The notes under the pieces: model-generated
Told to the model about the DNA's origin: nothing
What the model saw: only the letters and a program-made list of their open reading frames with translations
Databases searched by the model: none
Made by a program: the position numbers and the translations under genes
IMG/VR virus record: IMGVR_UViG_3300046819_000096
Span: 1-24,064 of that record
DNA length: 24,064 bases
Source of the DNA: a virus
Taxonomy: Duplodnaviria; Caudoviricetes
Strand: one strand, 5' to 3'
Shown here: positions 17,346-24,064 of the stretch, in pieces
Layout of the letters: each line of letters opens with the position of its first letter
Numbering within the stretch: position 1 is the stretch's first letter

Positions 17346-17455
17346 AATTGGTCAAAGTTAGACGCAGGACTCCTATAAAACCTGTACAAACACACAAGAG
17401 TAATGTACAATATACTCGTAAAGTTAAACACCGAAAGGAAAATTGTGAGTTTTGA
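17321..17455 (+). CDS. Small basic protein, loosely ArfA-like (44 aa, not in the ORF track)
   Basis: GGAG SD, then MEKIKFSVKLVKVRRRTPIKPVQTHKSNVQYTRKVKHRKENCEF. Confidence 0.6.
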   Translation: MEKIKFSVKLVKVRRRTPIKPVQTHKSNVQYTRKVKHRKENCEF

Positions 17456-17609
17456 TGAGTTTTATGATGAAATTGACGATGTTGATGAGTATTTTGACAA
17501 CCAATTGCAAGAATATTCGATGGAATCACTCGAATGGCACAAAAATATCTTTAAATTCTTGAATCCGAGCAATGTTTTATACATTCCTGATCAACATTAC
17601 ATGGTTTAA
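17445..17609 (+). CDS. Small acidic hypothetical protein
   Basis: AAGGA SD before GTG 17445 (MSFDEFYDEIDD...). Confidence 0.55.
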   Translation: MSFDEFYDEIDDVDEYFDNQLQEYSMESLEWHKNIFKFLNPSNVLYIPDQHYMV

Positions 17610-17618
17610 CACGAAAAA

Positions 17619-17798
17619 ATGCTTACTTATGAACAAGATGAGTTTTTCCGAGCAGTTTCCGATGTAGAAACAATCTTGGAAAACGTAAATATCGATGATT
17701 TGGCGTTTCAGTTAGTAAAGAGAGTGCCGGAACTAGCAGACAAACTGGCTTTTAGTCTGGATTGTCATTTGATGGAAAGTGATTGGAATACAAAATGA
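17619..17798 (+). CDS. Hypothetical protein (59 aa)
   Basis: Manual translation MLTYEQDEFFRAVSDVE...WNTK. Fills the gap and has an ATGA overlap with the next ORF. Confidence 0.6.
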   Translation: MLTYEQDEFFRAVSDVETILENVNIDDLAFQLVKRVPELADKLAFSLDCHLMESDWNTK

Positions 17799-17944
17799 GT
17801 GAAAGTGTTAAAGATACAATGGATGGCGTTGAGTGGAATGTTCCGGGAAAAGAACTGGATCAAATCCTACGCAAATTTGTGGTAAAGCGGTTGTGGGAAG
17901 AGGATCTCCAACGATATAACGACCTCCGAGAAGAACTGTTGTAA
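17795..17944 (+). CDS. Hypothetical protein (49 aa)
   Basis: MSESVKDTMDGVEWNV...LREELL. ATGA coupling. Confidence 0.55.
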   Translation: MSESVKDTMDGVEWNVPGKELDQILRKFVVKRLWEEDLQRYNDLREELL

Positions 17945-17954
17945 AAATACAACA
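17937..17954. promoter_or_regulatory. Palindromic operator TGTTG-N8-CAACA, copy 1
   Basis: TGTTGTAAAAATACAACA, 27 nt upstream of a -35 box. Confidence 0.65.
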
Positions 17955-17981
17955 CTAGGATTCGAATAATCCAGTAATATC

Positions 17982-18010
17982 TTGACTATTGGTCGTTCCT
18001 ATGAGATAAT
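17982..18010 (+). promoter_or_regulatory. sigma70-type promoter (extended -10)
   Basis: TTGACT-N17-GATAAT with TGn. AGGAG SD follows. Confidence 0.7.
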
Positions 18011-18035
18011 GTTTCTATCTTGTTAGGAGACACAC

Positions 18036-20153
18036 ATGCAGAATTTTGAATCCAAATCTATCCTTGCCAAACTGATGGCAACCGAGAACCTTACTGTGGA
18101 ACAACGCAATGTTCCTACGGCTTCTTTTAATGTTAAAGACCGTATTCTCACTGTTCCGGTTTTGGATAAAAACATCTCCAGCCAACTGTATGACCTGTTC
18201 ATGGGCCATGAAGTTGGCCACGCTCTCTATACTCCGCTTGAAGGTCTGGAAAGAGCCTACAATGAAAAGATTAGTGCATCGGTTTGTAATGTAATCGAGG
18301 ATGTACGCATTGAGCGTAAGATGAAGGACAAGTATCCTGGTCTCCGCAATTCTTTTACCAAGGGTTATCGTGAACTGATTGAAAAGGACTTTTTCGGTAC
18401 TCAAGGTGCTGAACTGAATGATATGTCCTTGATTGACCGCATTAACCTGTTCTACAAAGGTGGCCCGATCCTTGGCATTAAGTTTACTGAAACTGAGCGT
18501 GAAATTCTAAAGGAAATCGAATCTGCTGAAACCTTTGATGATGTTCTGATTCTCGCCAAGAAAATCTCTGGTGTTATGAAGGACGAAAAGGAACAACAAA
18601 AGGCCAATGCAAATCCTGAAGATGCCGGCGAAGATGAGGATCTGGAGTCGGATTACGATGGTTTTGATGGCGATGAATACCAAGATGAATGGTCTGATGA
18701 GGAAGGCGCCGATAGTAAAGAAGATGATGAACTGGAGATCGAAGGCAATCAACCATCCTCTGGTGCTGACGAAGGTGATGAAATCCGTTCACAAACGGAT
18801 GATAACTATCGTAAGAACCAAAGCAAACTGTTTGCTGATGATGGCAAGGTAAACATCTATGCCAATCTGCCACGTTACGACCTAGACAAGGCCATTCTGG
18901 ATCACAAGGTACTGTGGCATCTGCATCGTACTGATCCTAATCCACGCCTGAATCCTGATGCACCAGAAAAATTCCAAAGTATTCTTAAAGAGAATAACAA
19001 GGTTGTTTCTTATCTGGTTAAAGAATTCGAGCTGCGTAAGAATGCCGACCAACTAAAACGTGCATCTACGGCTAAGACTGGTGACCTGAATATGTCCAAG
19101 ATTTTCTCATACAAATTCAATGAGGACATCTTTAAGAAAATCACTGTTCTTCCTGGTGGCAAGTCTCATGGTCTGGTTATGTTCCTTGATTGGTCTGGTT
19201 CTATGTCGGATCATATCTACAACACCGTCAAACAACTTCTGTCGCTGGTGATGTTCTGTAAGAAGGTTAATATTCCGTATGAAGTATTTGCTTTTGCTAA
19301 TAACGATTATGGGAATGTCTTCCAACAACACAAGCAATCACCAATTAAGAATGATCTGGTGATGGGTGATTTCCGTCTGTTGAATATGCTTTCTAGTCGT
19401 ATGTCTGCCAGTGAATTCAAGTATGCGGCAACCCAACTGGTTGGTATGTCACACTACTACGGTTATGTTCCACACTGGATGAGTCTGAATTCTACTCCGA
19501 TGTTCCAAGCGATCATCACGGCAATGGAATATATTCCGGTTTTCCAGAATAAGTATAAACTGCAAGTCGTTAATACTATCTTCCTGACTGATGGTGAATC
19601 TGACCGTGCTTATGGTGTGTTTGGTGATTACACCGATAGAGATGGCAATTCTGGTATCCGTGTACAAGATTTTCAAGCTCTGGCTATGCAAATGGAGGGC
19701 AAGTACATCACTCGTGGTGAAATCAATGTAACCATTAATGATCCAGTAACCCGTGAACAGGTTAAAATCAATGCCTATCGTGAGCGTGAATCTATGACCG
19801 AAGGTATGATCCGTCTGCTCAAGAAACGTACTGGTTGTAATGTACTAGGTTTCTATGTTCTCTCTGGTCGCCAATTCAACCGTGATGGTGTCCAACGTTT
19901 CTTTGGTATGTCAAACAATCACGATGAAATCAAGGCTAAGTTCCGTAAAGAGAAGTCTGTGGTCGTTAAGAACGCTGGTTTTGATGAATACTACCTACTC
20001 CGTTCGGAAGGCCTAGATACCGATGCAGATGTTGAATTTGATACGAATGGTAAGACCACTACTCGTAGTCTGGTAAATGCATTTACTAAGTATGCTGGCA
20101 ACCGACACAGTAACCGTGTCATCCTCAACCGCTTCATTGGAATGATCGCATAA
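18036..20153 (+). CDS. CobT-like protein: HExxH metallopeptidase-like domain, acidic linker and vWA (MIDAS) domain
   Basis: GHEVGHAL.T, NVIED.RIE, an Asp/Glu-rich linker, FLDWSGSM, STP and FLTDGE. Confidence 0.88.
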   Translation: MQNFESKSILAKLMATENLTVEQRNVPTASFNVKDRILTVPVLDKNISSQLYDLFMGHEVGHALYTPLEGLERAYNEKISASVCNVIEDVRIERKMKDKYPGLRNSFTKGYRELIEKDFFGTQGAELNDMSLIDRINLFYKGGPILGIKFTETEREILKEIESAETFDDVLILAKKISGVMKDEKEQQKANANPEDAGEDEDLESDYDGFDGDEYQDEWSDEEGADSKEDDELEIEGNQPSSGADEGDEIRSQTDDNYRKNQSKLFADDGKVNIYANLPRYDLDKAILDHKVLWHLHRTDPNPRLNPDAPEKFQSILKENNKVVSYLVKEFELRKNADQLKRASTAKTGDLNMSKIFSYKFNEDIFKKITVLPGGKSHGLVMFLDWSGSMSDHIYNTVKQLLSLVMFCKKVNIPYEVFAFANNDYGNVFQQHKQSPIKNDLVMGDFRLLNMLSSRMSASEFKYAATQLVGMSHYYGYVPHWMSLNSTPMFQAIITAMEYIPVFQNKYKLQVVNTIFLTDGESDRAYGVFGDYTDRDGNSGIRVQDFQALAMQMEGKYITRGEINVTINDPVTREQVKINAYRERESMTEGMIRLLKKRTGCNVLGFYVLSGRQFNRDGVQRFFGMSNNHDEIKAKFRKEKSVVVKNAGFDEYYLLRSEGLDTDADVEFDTNGKTTTRSLVNAFTKYAGNRHSNRVILNRFIGMIA

Positions 20154-20162
20154 GGAGATTAA

Positions 20163-20378
20163 ATGAATATTATATCAACATTCGAAAACGGACCCAGAAA
20201 GTCCATTATTAAGGCCGAAGGTGGTGCATACACCACCAACGGGTTTTATGTCGTAGAGTATTATCTGGATAACAAGTTAATTGGTACTTCCCGCCACACT
20301 AATTCTAGTCTTGCCGAAGAAGTCGCTGATGAATATGTACTAACACCTAATGGTCAAAAGGCATTTTTGACAGAATGA
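20163..20378 (+). CDS. Hypothetical protein
   Basis: TAAGGAG SD. Confidence 0.7.
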   Translation: MNIISTFENGPRKSIIKAEGGAYTTNGFYVVEYYLDNKLIGTSRHTNSSLAEEVADEYVLTPNGQKAFLTE

Positions 20379-20650
20379 CCGACCACGACAAAATGACAGA
20401 AGCCTTTATTATACTGCAAGAAGAATGTGCAGAGGTTATCCAATCAGTTTCCAAAGCGTTCCGTTTTGGGCTAGATAACCGTCTGAACGATGGCCCATCC
20501 AAAAAGGAGATGATTGAATCTGAAGTGGGTGACCTCCTGTGCATCATTGATATTCTTGTAGAGAGGGCAATCCTGTCTGATTCCAACATTAATGCCGCAA
20601 AGAAAGAAAAACGTGAGAAACTCAAGAAATGGTCTAATTTAGGATTATAA
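20375..20650 (+). CDS. MazG-like NTP pyrophosphohydrolase
   Basis: LQEECAEVIQ..SK..RFG...ESEVGDLL (EExxE...ExxD). Confidence 0.8.
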   Translation: MTDHDKMTEAFIILQEECAEVIQSVSKAFRFGLDNRLNDGPSKKEMIESEVGDLLCIIDILVERAILSDSNINAAKKEKREKLKKWSNLGL

Positions 20651-20772
20651 TGGATATCAACGAACTCATTACTTTTCTCAATCGGATATCCTGCTGGATT
20701 CCTCAGAACACCTCCATCCAGAGGGAGATCAAAGAGGTCATATCCAGACTAAAATCCCACCGTGGATACTGA
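20650..20772 (+). CDS. Small hypothetical protein (40 aa)
   Basis: AGGA SD, TAATG coupling, MDINELITFLNRISCWIP... Confidence 0.5.
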   Translation: MDINELITFLNRISCWIPQNTSIQREIKEVISRLKSHRGY

Positions 20773-20775
20773 CAC

Positions 20776-20804
20776 TTGACAATTACCAAAATTTAGTATA
20801 GGAT
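20776..20804 (+). promoter_or_regulatory. sigma70-type promoter
   Basis: TTGACA-N17-TAGGAT, intergenic. Confidence 0.72.
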
Positions 20805-20851
20805 GCTCTCATACTAATTGATTTTCCCGGCGGTTCCGAGGGCTGCTCACC

Positions 20852-21067
20852 ATGGACTTTTCACAATACCACTTCTTTAATATAGATTTAGTTTCTCTCA
20901 ATCTATTGTCTTTCTTTCTGGGTGCTCTATGGGCTTTCTTTAACCAAGGCCTTTTCGGTAGAAGAATCGCTGGGCCAATATTTGGTTACTTCATTCTCCT
21001 TGCGGCATGGTACGCTTTCAAATATTACGCTATCACACATGGCGTTGACTTAGGAAATCTAAAATGA
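20852..21067 (+). CDS. Small two-transmembrane protein
   Basis: Two hydrophobic segments. First gene after the promoter. Confidence 0.65.
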   Translation: MDFSQYHFFNIDLVSLNLLSFFLGALWAFFNQGLFGRRIAGPIFGYFILLAAWYAFKYYAITHGVDLGNLK

Positions 21068-21309
21068 CCAAATTAAAACTAGTAGATAACGATGGATTCC
21101 AGACCTTTGTCGAGGTCATCGATTGTGTTAAACCCGAGAACTACAAACAGATTCGATTCACCACTGTCTTTGCTCGTTCTCGCCATCCAGAAGGAGACCG
21201 TGAGGCCTATTCTGTGACACTCTCTCCTACAGCCTATTCTAACCTAATCGATCTATTAACAAAAGACGATACTGTAGAAGAACTGAATCAATTTAACATG
21301 GTGCCATGA
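21064..21309 (+). CDS. Hypothetical protein
   Basis: AGGA SD and ATGA overlap. Confidence 0.65.
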   Translation: MTKLKLVDNDGFQTFVEVIDCVKPENYKQIRFTTVFARSRHPEGDREAYSVTLSPTAYSNLIDLLTKDDTVEELNQFNMVP

Positions 21310-21422
21310 TGACCCCAATGAAATATCGTATTTTCTACCTGAAACGATCTGTATATGCTCTGAAGGCCTTCTGTGTATTCTTTGGACACGTTATTACTGG
21401 GCCACGCAAATGGACGACCTAA
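21306..21422 (+). CDS. Small hypothetical protein (38 aa)
   Basis: ATGA overlap, fills the gap, weak SD. Confidence 0.4.
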   Translation: MMTPMKYRIFYLKRSVYALKAFCVFFGHVITGPRKWTT

Positions 21423-21730
21423 GAGAAGAAATACAGTGTAGAATAGACTACTATAAGCAACTCTGTAAGGATAGACAGTTTATTGACCAAGACATGTATC
21501 ACTATTACAGAGGCTCTGCAACCTCTCTGGAGATACTGTTATCCTATATGGAGAGAGGAATCACTGGAACCTCTGAGGATATCCCGAAAAAAATTCTGAA
21601 ATCTAAAGATGAGAAAAGTCGATTAATCTCTAATATACTGAATGGAGAGAAACACCATATCGATAAGGGATATGAAGTGGATACTCTAGAGGCCCAAGAA
21701 AAATTCGAAAAATCTCGTACTGCCTCCTAG
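21410..21730 (+). CDS. Hypothetical protein
   Basis: 106-aa ORF whose 3' half runs into the A-tract region. Confidence 0.55.
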   Translation: MDDLREEIQCRIDYYKQLCKDRQFIDQDMYHYYRGSATSLEILLSYMERGITGTSEDIPKKILKSKDEKSRLISNILNGEKHHIDKGYEVDTLEAQEKFEKSRTAS

Positions 21731-22146
21731 AAAAAAAATCTGGGATCACTGAAACCTCCTGAAGAAAACTCCTCCGGGAAAAATTGGTGGATACTGAAAT
21801 TCCCGGAGAAAATAAAAAATAGGAAAAAAGAGTTTGACCATGGAGGGCTTTTTTCTATATTGACTTAACGCTCGCACACCCCCGCCCATATACGCATGGA
21901 CACTGCTCGTCACAGACCATACCACTGCTGCTCCTCCGTACCTCTTGCCACCTCTGCGTTCCCTGCCATTTCTAACCAGAACCACTGTGGCCACTGTCAT
22001 CCCACTACCTCGTATATTTTTCTATAATTTCCTGTGGCCCTATAGTTTCCCTCTATACCTGCCCAAACCCTCTCCACCACTGCTCTCCCGTTGTTGCGTT
22101 ATTACAACAGCCCTCTCTGTGGACTGCTGTTTTGCACTGCTGGGGC
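21731..22146. other. Non-coding island, candidate replication origin or packaging/terminus region
   Basis: Largest gene-free gap in the window. A-tracts, then a C-rich strand with CACTG repeats. The sequence turns G/T-rich downstream. Confidence 0.45.
22092..22109. promoter_or_regulatory. Palindromic operator TGTTG-N8-CAACA, copy 2
   Basis: TGTTGCGTTATTACAACA, about 37 nt upstream of a -35-like box. Confidence 0.6.
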
Positions 22147-22174
22147 TTGTATTCTGTGCCAATGCGAGTATATT
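22147..22174 (+). promoter_or_regulatory. Probable sigma70-type early promoter
   Basis: TTGTAT-N16-TATATT heading the small-ORF array. Confidence 0.5.
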
Positions 22175-22210
22175 AGAGGCATGGATAAATTCACTGGAAA
22201 AGGTATGGAT

Positions 22211-22324
22211 ATGTTAAATCGTTTTGTTAATCGTGTTTTGGATAATGAATGGGCTGTAATGATTGGCTCTGGTGTTATTATGAGCGCTCTGGTTATTCAA
22301 TTTATTATCGTTTCGACCAATTAA
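22211..22324 (+). CDS. Small single-transmembrane protein (37 aa)
   Basis: AAGG SD, MLNRFVNRVLDNEWAVMIGSGVIMSALVIQFIIVSTN. Confidence 0.55.
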   Translation: MLNRFVNRVLDNEWAVMIGSGVIMSALVIQFIIVSTN

Positions 22325-22334
22325 GGGGGTTATT

Positions 22335-22529
22335 ATGAAGTTTAAAATGGATTTGATTAAGGCTCGTAATACCACAGTAGAAACTAAGCTGTATTATACT
22401 GTGAGTGCTTTTAATATTGCTAACGAGGAAGTATTCTTCCACAATGTTAATCCACGCACGCTCAAGAGCTTAATCCGTGATTTGAAAGACAATCGCTATA
22501 CCAAAATCTTTTCATTCATTCAGGACTAA
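22335..22529 (+). CDS. Hypothetical protein
   Basis: TAAGGGGG SD. Confidence 0.65.
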   Translation: MKFKMDLIKARNTTVETKLYYTVSAFNIANEEVFFHNVNPRTLKSLIRDLKDNRYTKIFSFIQD

Positions 22530-22530
22530 T

Positions 22531-22614
22531 ATGGACGATAAAATCAAAGAGTTTCTGGATACTCTGAAAACACCTGAATTGATCGCTGTATTCCGCCGTA
22601 TGAATAACAAATAA
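22531..22614 (+). CDS. Tiny protein (27 aa)
   Basis: AGGA SD, MDDKIKEFLDTLKTPELIAVFRRMNNK. Confidence 0.55.
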   Translation: MDDKIKEFLDTLKTPELIAVFRRMNNK

Positions 22615-22623
22615 GGAACTATT

Positions 22624-22716
22624 ATGACTCTAAAATACCGTGTTTATTCTAAGCATATTCTGGTTAAGCTGTATGACGGCAAAACCCTCCTTTCAACCTT
22701 TAAAATGGACGTATAA
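22624..22716 (+). CDS. Tiny protein (30 aa)
   Basis: TAAGGA SD, MTLKYRVYSKHILVKLYDGKTLLSTFKMDV. Confidence 0.55.
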   Translation: MTLKYRVYSKHILVKLYDGKTLLSTFKMDV

Positions 22717-22717
22717 T

Positions 22718-22858
22718 ATGACGCTCTCTGAATTGTATAATAAGCTCTGTGATAATGAGGTTAGTTTCATAGAGTTTCTGGATCTGATTAACCAGCGTGA
22801 AATGGATGCTTTTAAACGTGGATTTGAGAAGTCTGCGGATCTATTAAAAGGCCTATAA
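22718..22858 (+). CDS. Small hypothetical protein (46 aa)
   Basis: GGA SD, MTLSELYNKLCDNEVSFIEFL... Confidence 0.6.
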   Translation: MTLSELYNKLCDNEVSFIEFLDLINQREMDAFKRGFEKSADLLKGL

Positions 22859-23024
22859 TATGGTTTCTGAATGGCCTCTGAATGGTTCGGTTATATTCCG
22901 GAATGCTCAGGGGTTATTTGGAAAAGATATTAAAACGGCATCACGGATAGAAACTAAGTCCCAAATCCCACTATACCTCTGCGATAACCCCTGCGCTTAA
23001 TCCTAGTTTCTCTCCATGGCTTAC

Positions 23025-23032
23025 TATAAATA
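23025..23032 (+). promoter_or_regulatory. Possible T4-type late promoter TATAAATA
   Basis: Perfect consensus, intergenic, upstream of a GAGGT SD. The context is AT-rich, so a chance match is possible. Confidence 0.45.
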
Positions 23033-23058
23033 ACGACTTTTTAATATACGAGGTTAAT

Positions 23059-23250
23059 ATGTTGGATGATTATGGTTTAAATCTACGGGAATTAGAGGAA
23101 CTTTCTCTCCTTTCTATTATCTCCCTATATCGGAAGGGTTATCCTATTCATATTATTGCTGATGCTAAAGAGGTAAGCATGGAATATGTTGTGGATGTAA
23201 TTGATTATTGTTGTGGTACTAATGGTGTTATTACTGAGGAAGTATTATAA
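23059..23250 (+). CDS. Small hypothetical protein, possibly HTH-like
   Basis: GAGGT SD. IISLYRKGYPIHIIADAKEVSMEYV pattern. Confidence 0.6.
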   Translation: MLDDYGLNLRELEELSLLSIISLYRKGYPIHIIADAKEVSMEYVVDVIDYCCGTNGVITEEVL

Positions 23251-23399
23251 TGGATATTCTTAAGAAAATGGCAGAGGTATTATCGGATGATGATTATAAT
23301 GCCTTAGTGGATTATATTGATTCACAATATGCGGCAGGTTATCGGGAAGGTTATGATAATGCTGATTATGAATGGTCTAATAATGACGGGAGAGTATAA
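23250..23399 (+). CDS. Small acidic protein (49 aa)
   Basis: GAGGA SD, TAATG coupling, ...YAAGYREGYDNA... Confidence 0.6.
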   Translation: MDILKKMAEVLSDDDYNALVDYIDSQYAAGYREGYDNADYEWSNNDGRV

Positions 23400-23516
23400 T
23401 TGAAGTTTGATTATGCTGAATGGCGTAGGTTAATGAACCGTTTTATCACTGGTTATATTACAGAGTATGAACGGAATAAGTTTTTTAGAATGAATAAGGT
23501 GTTATTGGAGGGTTAA
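23400..23516 (+). CDS. Small protein (38 aa, TTG start)
   Basis: GGAG SD. Exactly fills the gap. Confidence 0.45.
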   Translation: MKFDYAEWRRLMNRFITGYITEYERNKFFRMNKVLLEG

Positions 23517-23518
23517 TT

Positions 23519-23680
23519 ATGCGTGAATATACTAATAAACTGATAGAATTGGTTGAGGATGGTATGGTTGCAAAAGAGGAATTGATTCTCGACCTATTAA
23601 ATTATCTATCGGAGAGTGAAGTGAAAGATTTTATGGATCGGTCTGGTTATACTGAATTTTTAGAATTGGATGATGAATGA
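23519..23680 (+). CDS. Small acidic protein (53 aa)
   Basis: GGAGG SD, MREYTNKLIELVEDG...LLNYLSESEVKDFM. Confidence 0.7.
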   Translation: MREYTNKLIELVEDGMVAKEELILDLLNYLSESEVKDFMDRSGYTEFLELDDE

Positions 23681-23841
23681 AAGTTTATGTGGTTTGTATA
23701 AAAGAAAAGAATATGGATCGGTATATACAATCTGTTTATGGTGTATATTGTAGTCTGAATAAGGCTAATTCGATTCGTGATTATCTGGAGAGTATGGGTG
23801 AAATACCTGAAATGTATATAAAAGAATTAGAAGGGGAATAA
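23677..23841 (+). CDS. Small hypothetical protein (54 aa)
   Basis: ATGA overlap, MKVYVV...VYGVYCSLNKA. Confidence 0.65.
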   Translation: MKVYVVCIKEKNMDRYIQSVYGVYCSLNKANSIRDYLESMGEIPEMYIKELEGE

Positions 23842-23843
23842 TA

Positions 23844-24002
23844 ATGAATGAATCACAATTTAATTTAAGCATTGTTTTTACCAATGACGAGGGCATATTA
23901 CATTCTGAGGAATGGGAGAGTATATCCTACTATAAAGTTCGTAGTATAGTGGATGAATGGATGGATGATACTGTGGTTGAAATATCGGTTACTAGGGTTT
24001 AA
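23844..24002 (+). CDS. Small hypothetical protein (52 aa)
   Basis: AAGGGG SD, MNESQFNLSIVFTNDEG... Confidence 0.6.
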   Translation: MNESQFNLSIVFTNDEGILHSEEWESISYYKVRSIVDEWMDDTVVEISVTRV

Positions 24003-24046
24003 TACCTTTTTAAATACCATTCTTTTGGAGTGGTATTATTAAAAGG

Positions 24047-24064
24047 TGTTGTTTTTATACAACA
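24047..24064. promoter_or_regulatory. Palindromic operator TGTTG-N8-CAACA, copy 3
   Basis: TGTTGTTTTTATACAACA, intergenic, at the window edge. Confidence 0.6.

Noticed and set aside
17936-17955. Palindrome as a LexA SOS box
   Set aside because: The proteobacterial box is CTGT-N8-ACAG, and neither spacing nor flanks fit the three copies.
21860-21895. TTGACT as a -35 box
   Set aside because: No acceptable -10 hexamer at 16-18 nt spacing.
21746-22217. ORFs 21746-22000 (-) and 21945-22217 (+), and the 5' extension of 22091-22324
   Set aside because: Low-complexity products of the C-rich tract with no SD. They overlap operator and promoter elements.
22860-23000. 46-codon ORF MVSEWPLNG...
   Set aside because: Weak SD and atypical composition. 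It may be real, but support is insufficient to list it.
1-24064. tRNA genes, CRISPR arrays, IS elements, stop-codon recoding
   Set aside because: No cloverleaf or T-arm motifs in the gaps, no regularly spaced repeats and no transposase seen. Core genes are full length under the standard code, and TAA, TGA and TAG all act as stops.

Overview
A 24-kb, all-plus-strand segment of a large T4-like myovirus. Spanins point to a Gram-negative host, possibly an aquatic proteobacterium (inference). From left to right: (1) 1-7546, a late block of probable head/internal proteins. It includes a ligase-like ORF cut by the window edge, an HxGH-type nucleotidyltransferase fused to a P-loop kinase, two large acidic/Lys/His-rich proteins with repeated gp21-type (L/I/V)xE sites, and an Ig-like virion protein. 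(2) 7548-9026, a compact holin/M15 endolysin/i-spanin/o-spanin lysis cassette. (3) 9092-16507, replication and nucleotide genes: gp61 primase, thyX, dUTPase, class II nrdJ, Zn ribbons, a GIY-YIG nuclease and T4 RNase H. (4) 16518-21730, sigma70-driven small genes, a HExxH/vWA protein and a MazG-like gene. (5) 21731-22210, a non-coding island with A-tracts, C-rich repeats and a skew switch (origin-like), followed by a dense array of tiny early-type ORFs. The most notable observations are a probable overprinted gene inside the nucleotidyltransferase-kinase ORF, a candidate capsid-packaged and protease-processed enzyme system, and a three-copy TGTTG-N8-CAACA operator associated with sigma70 promoters. 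All family assignments come from motif recognition; no database search was run.
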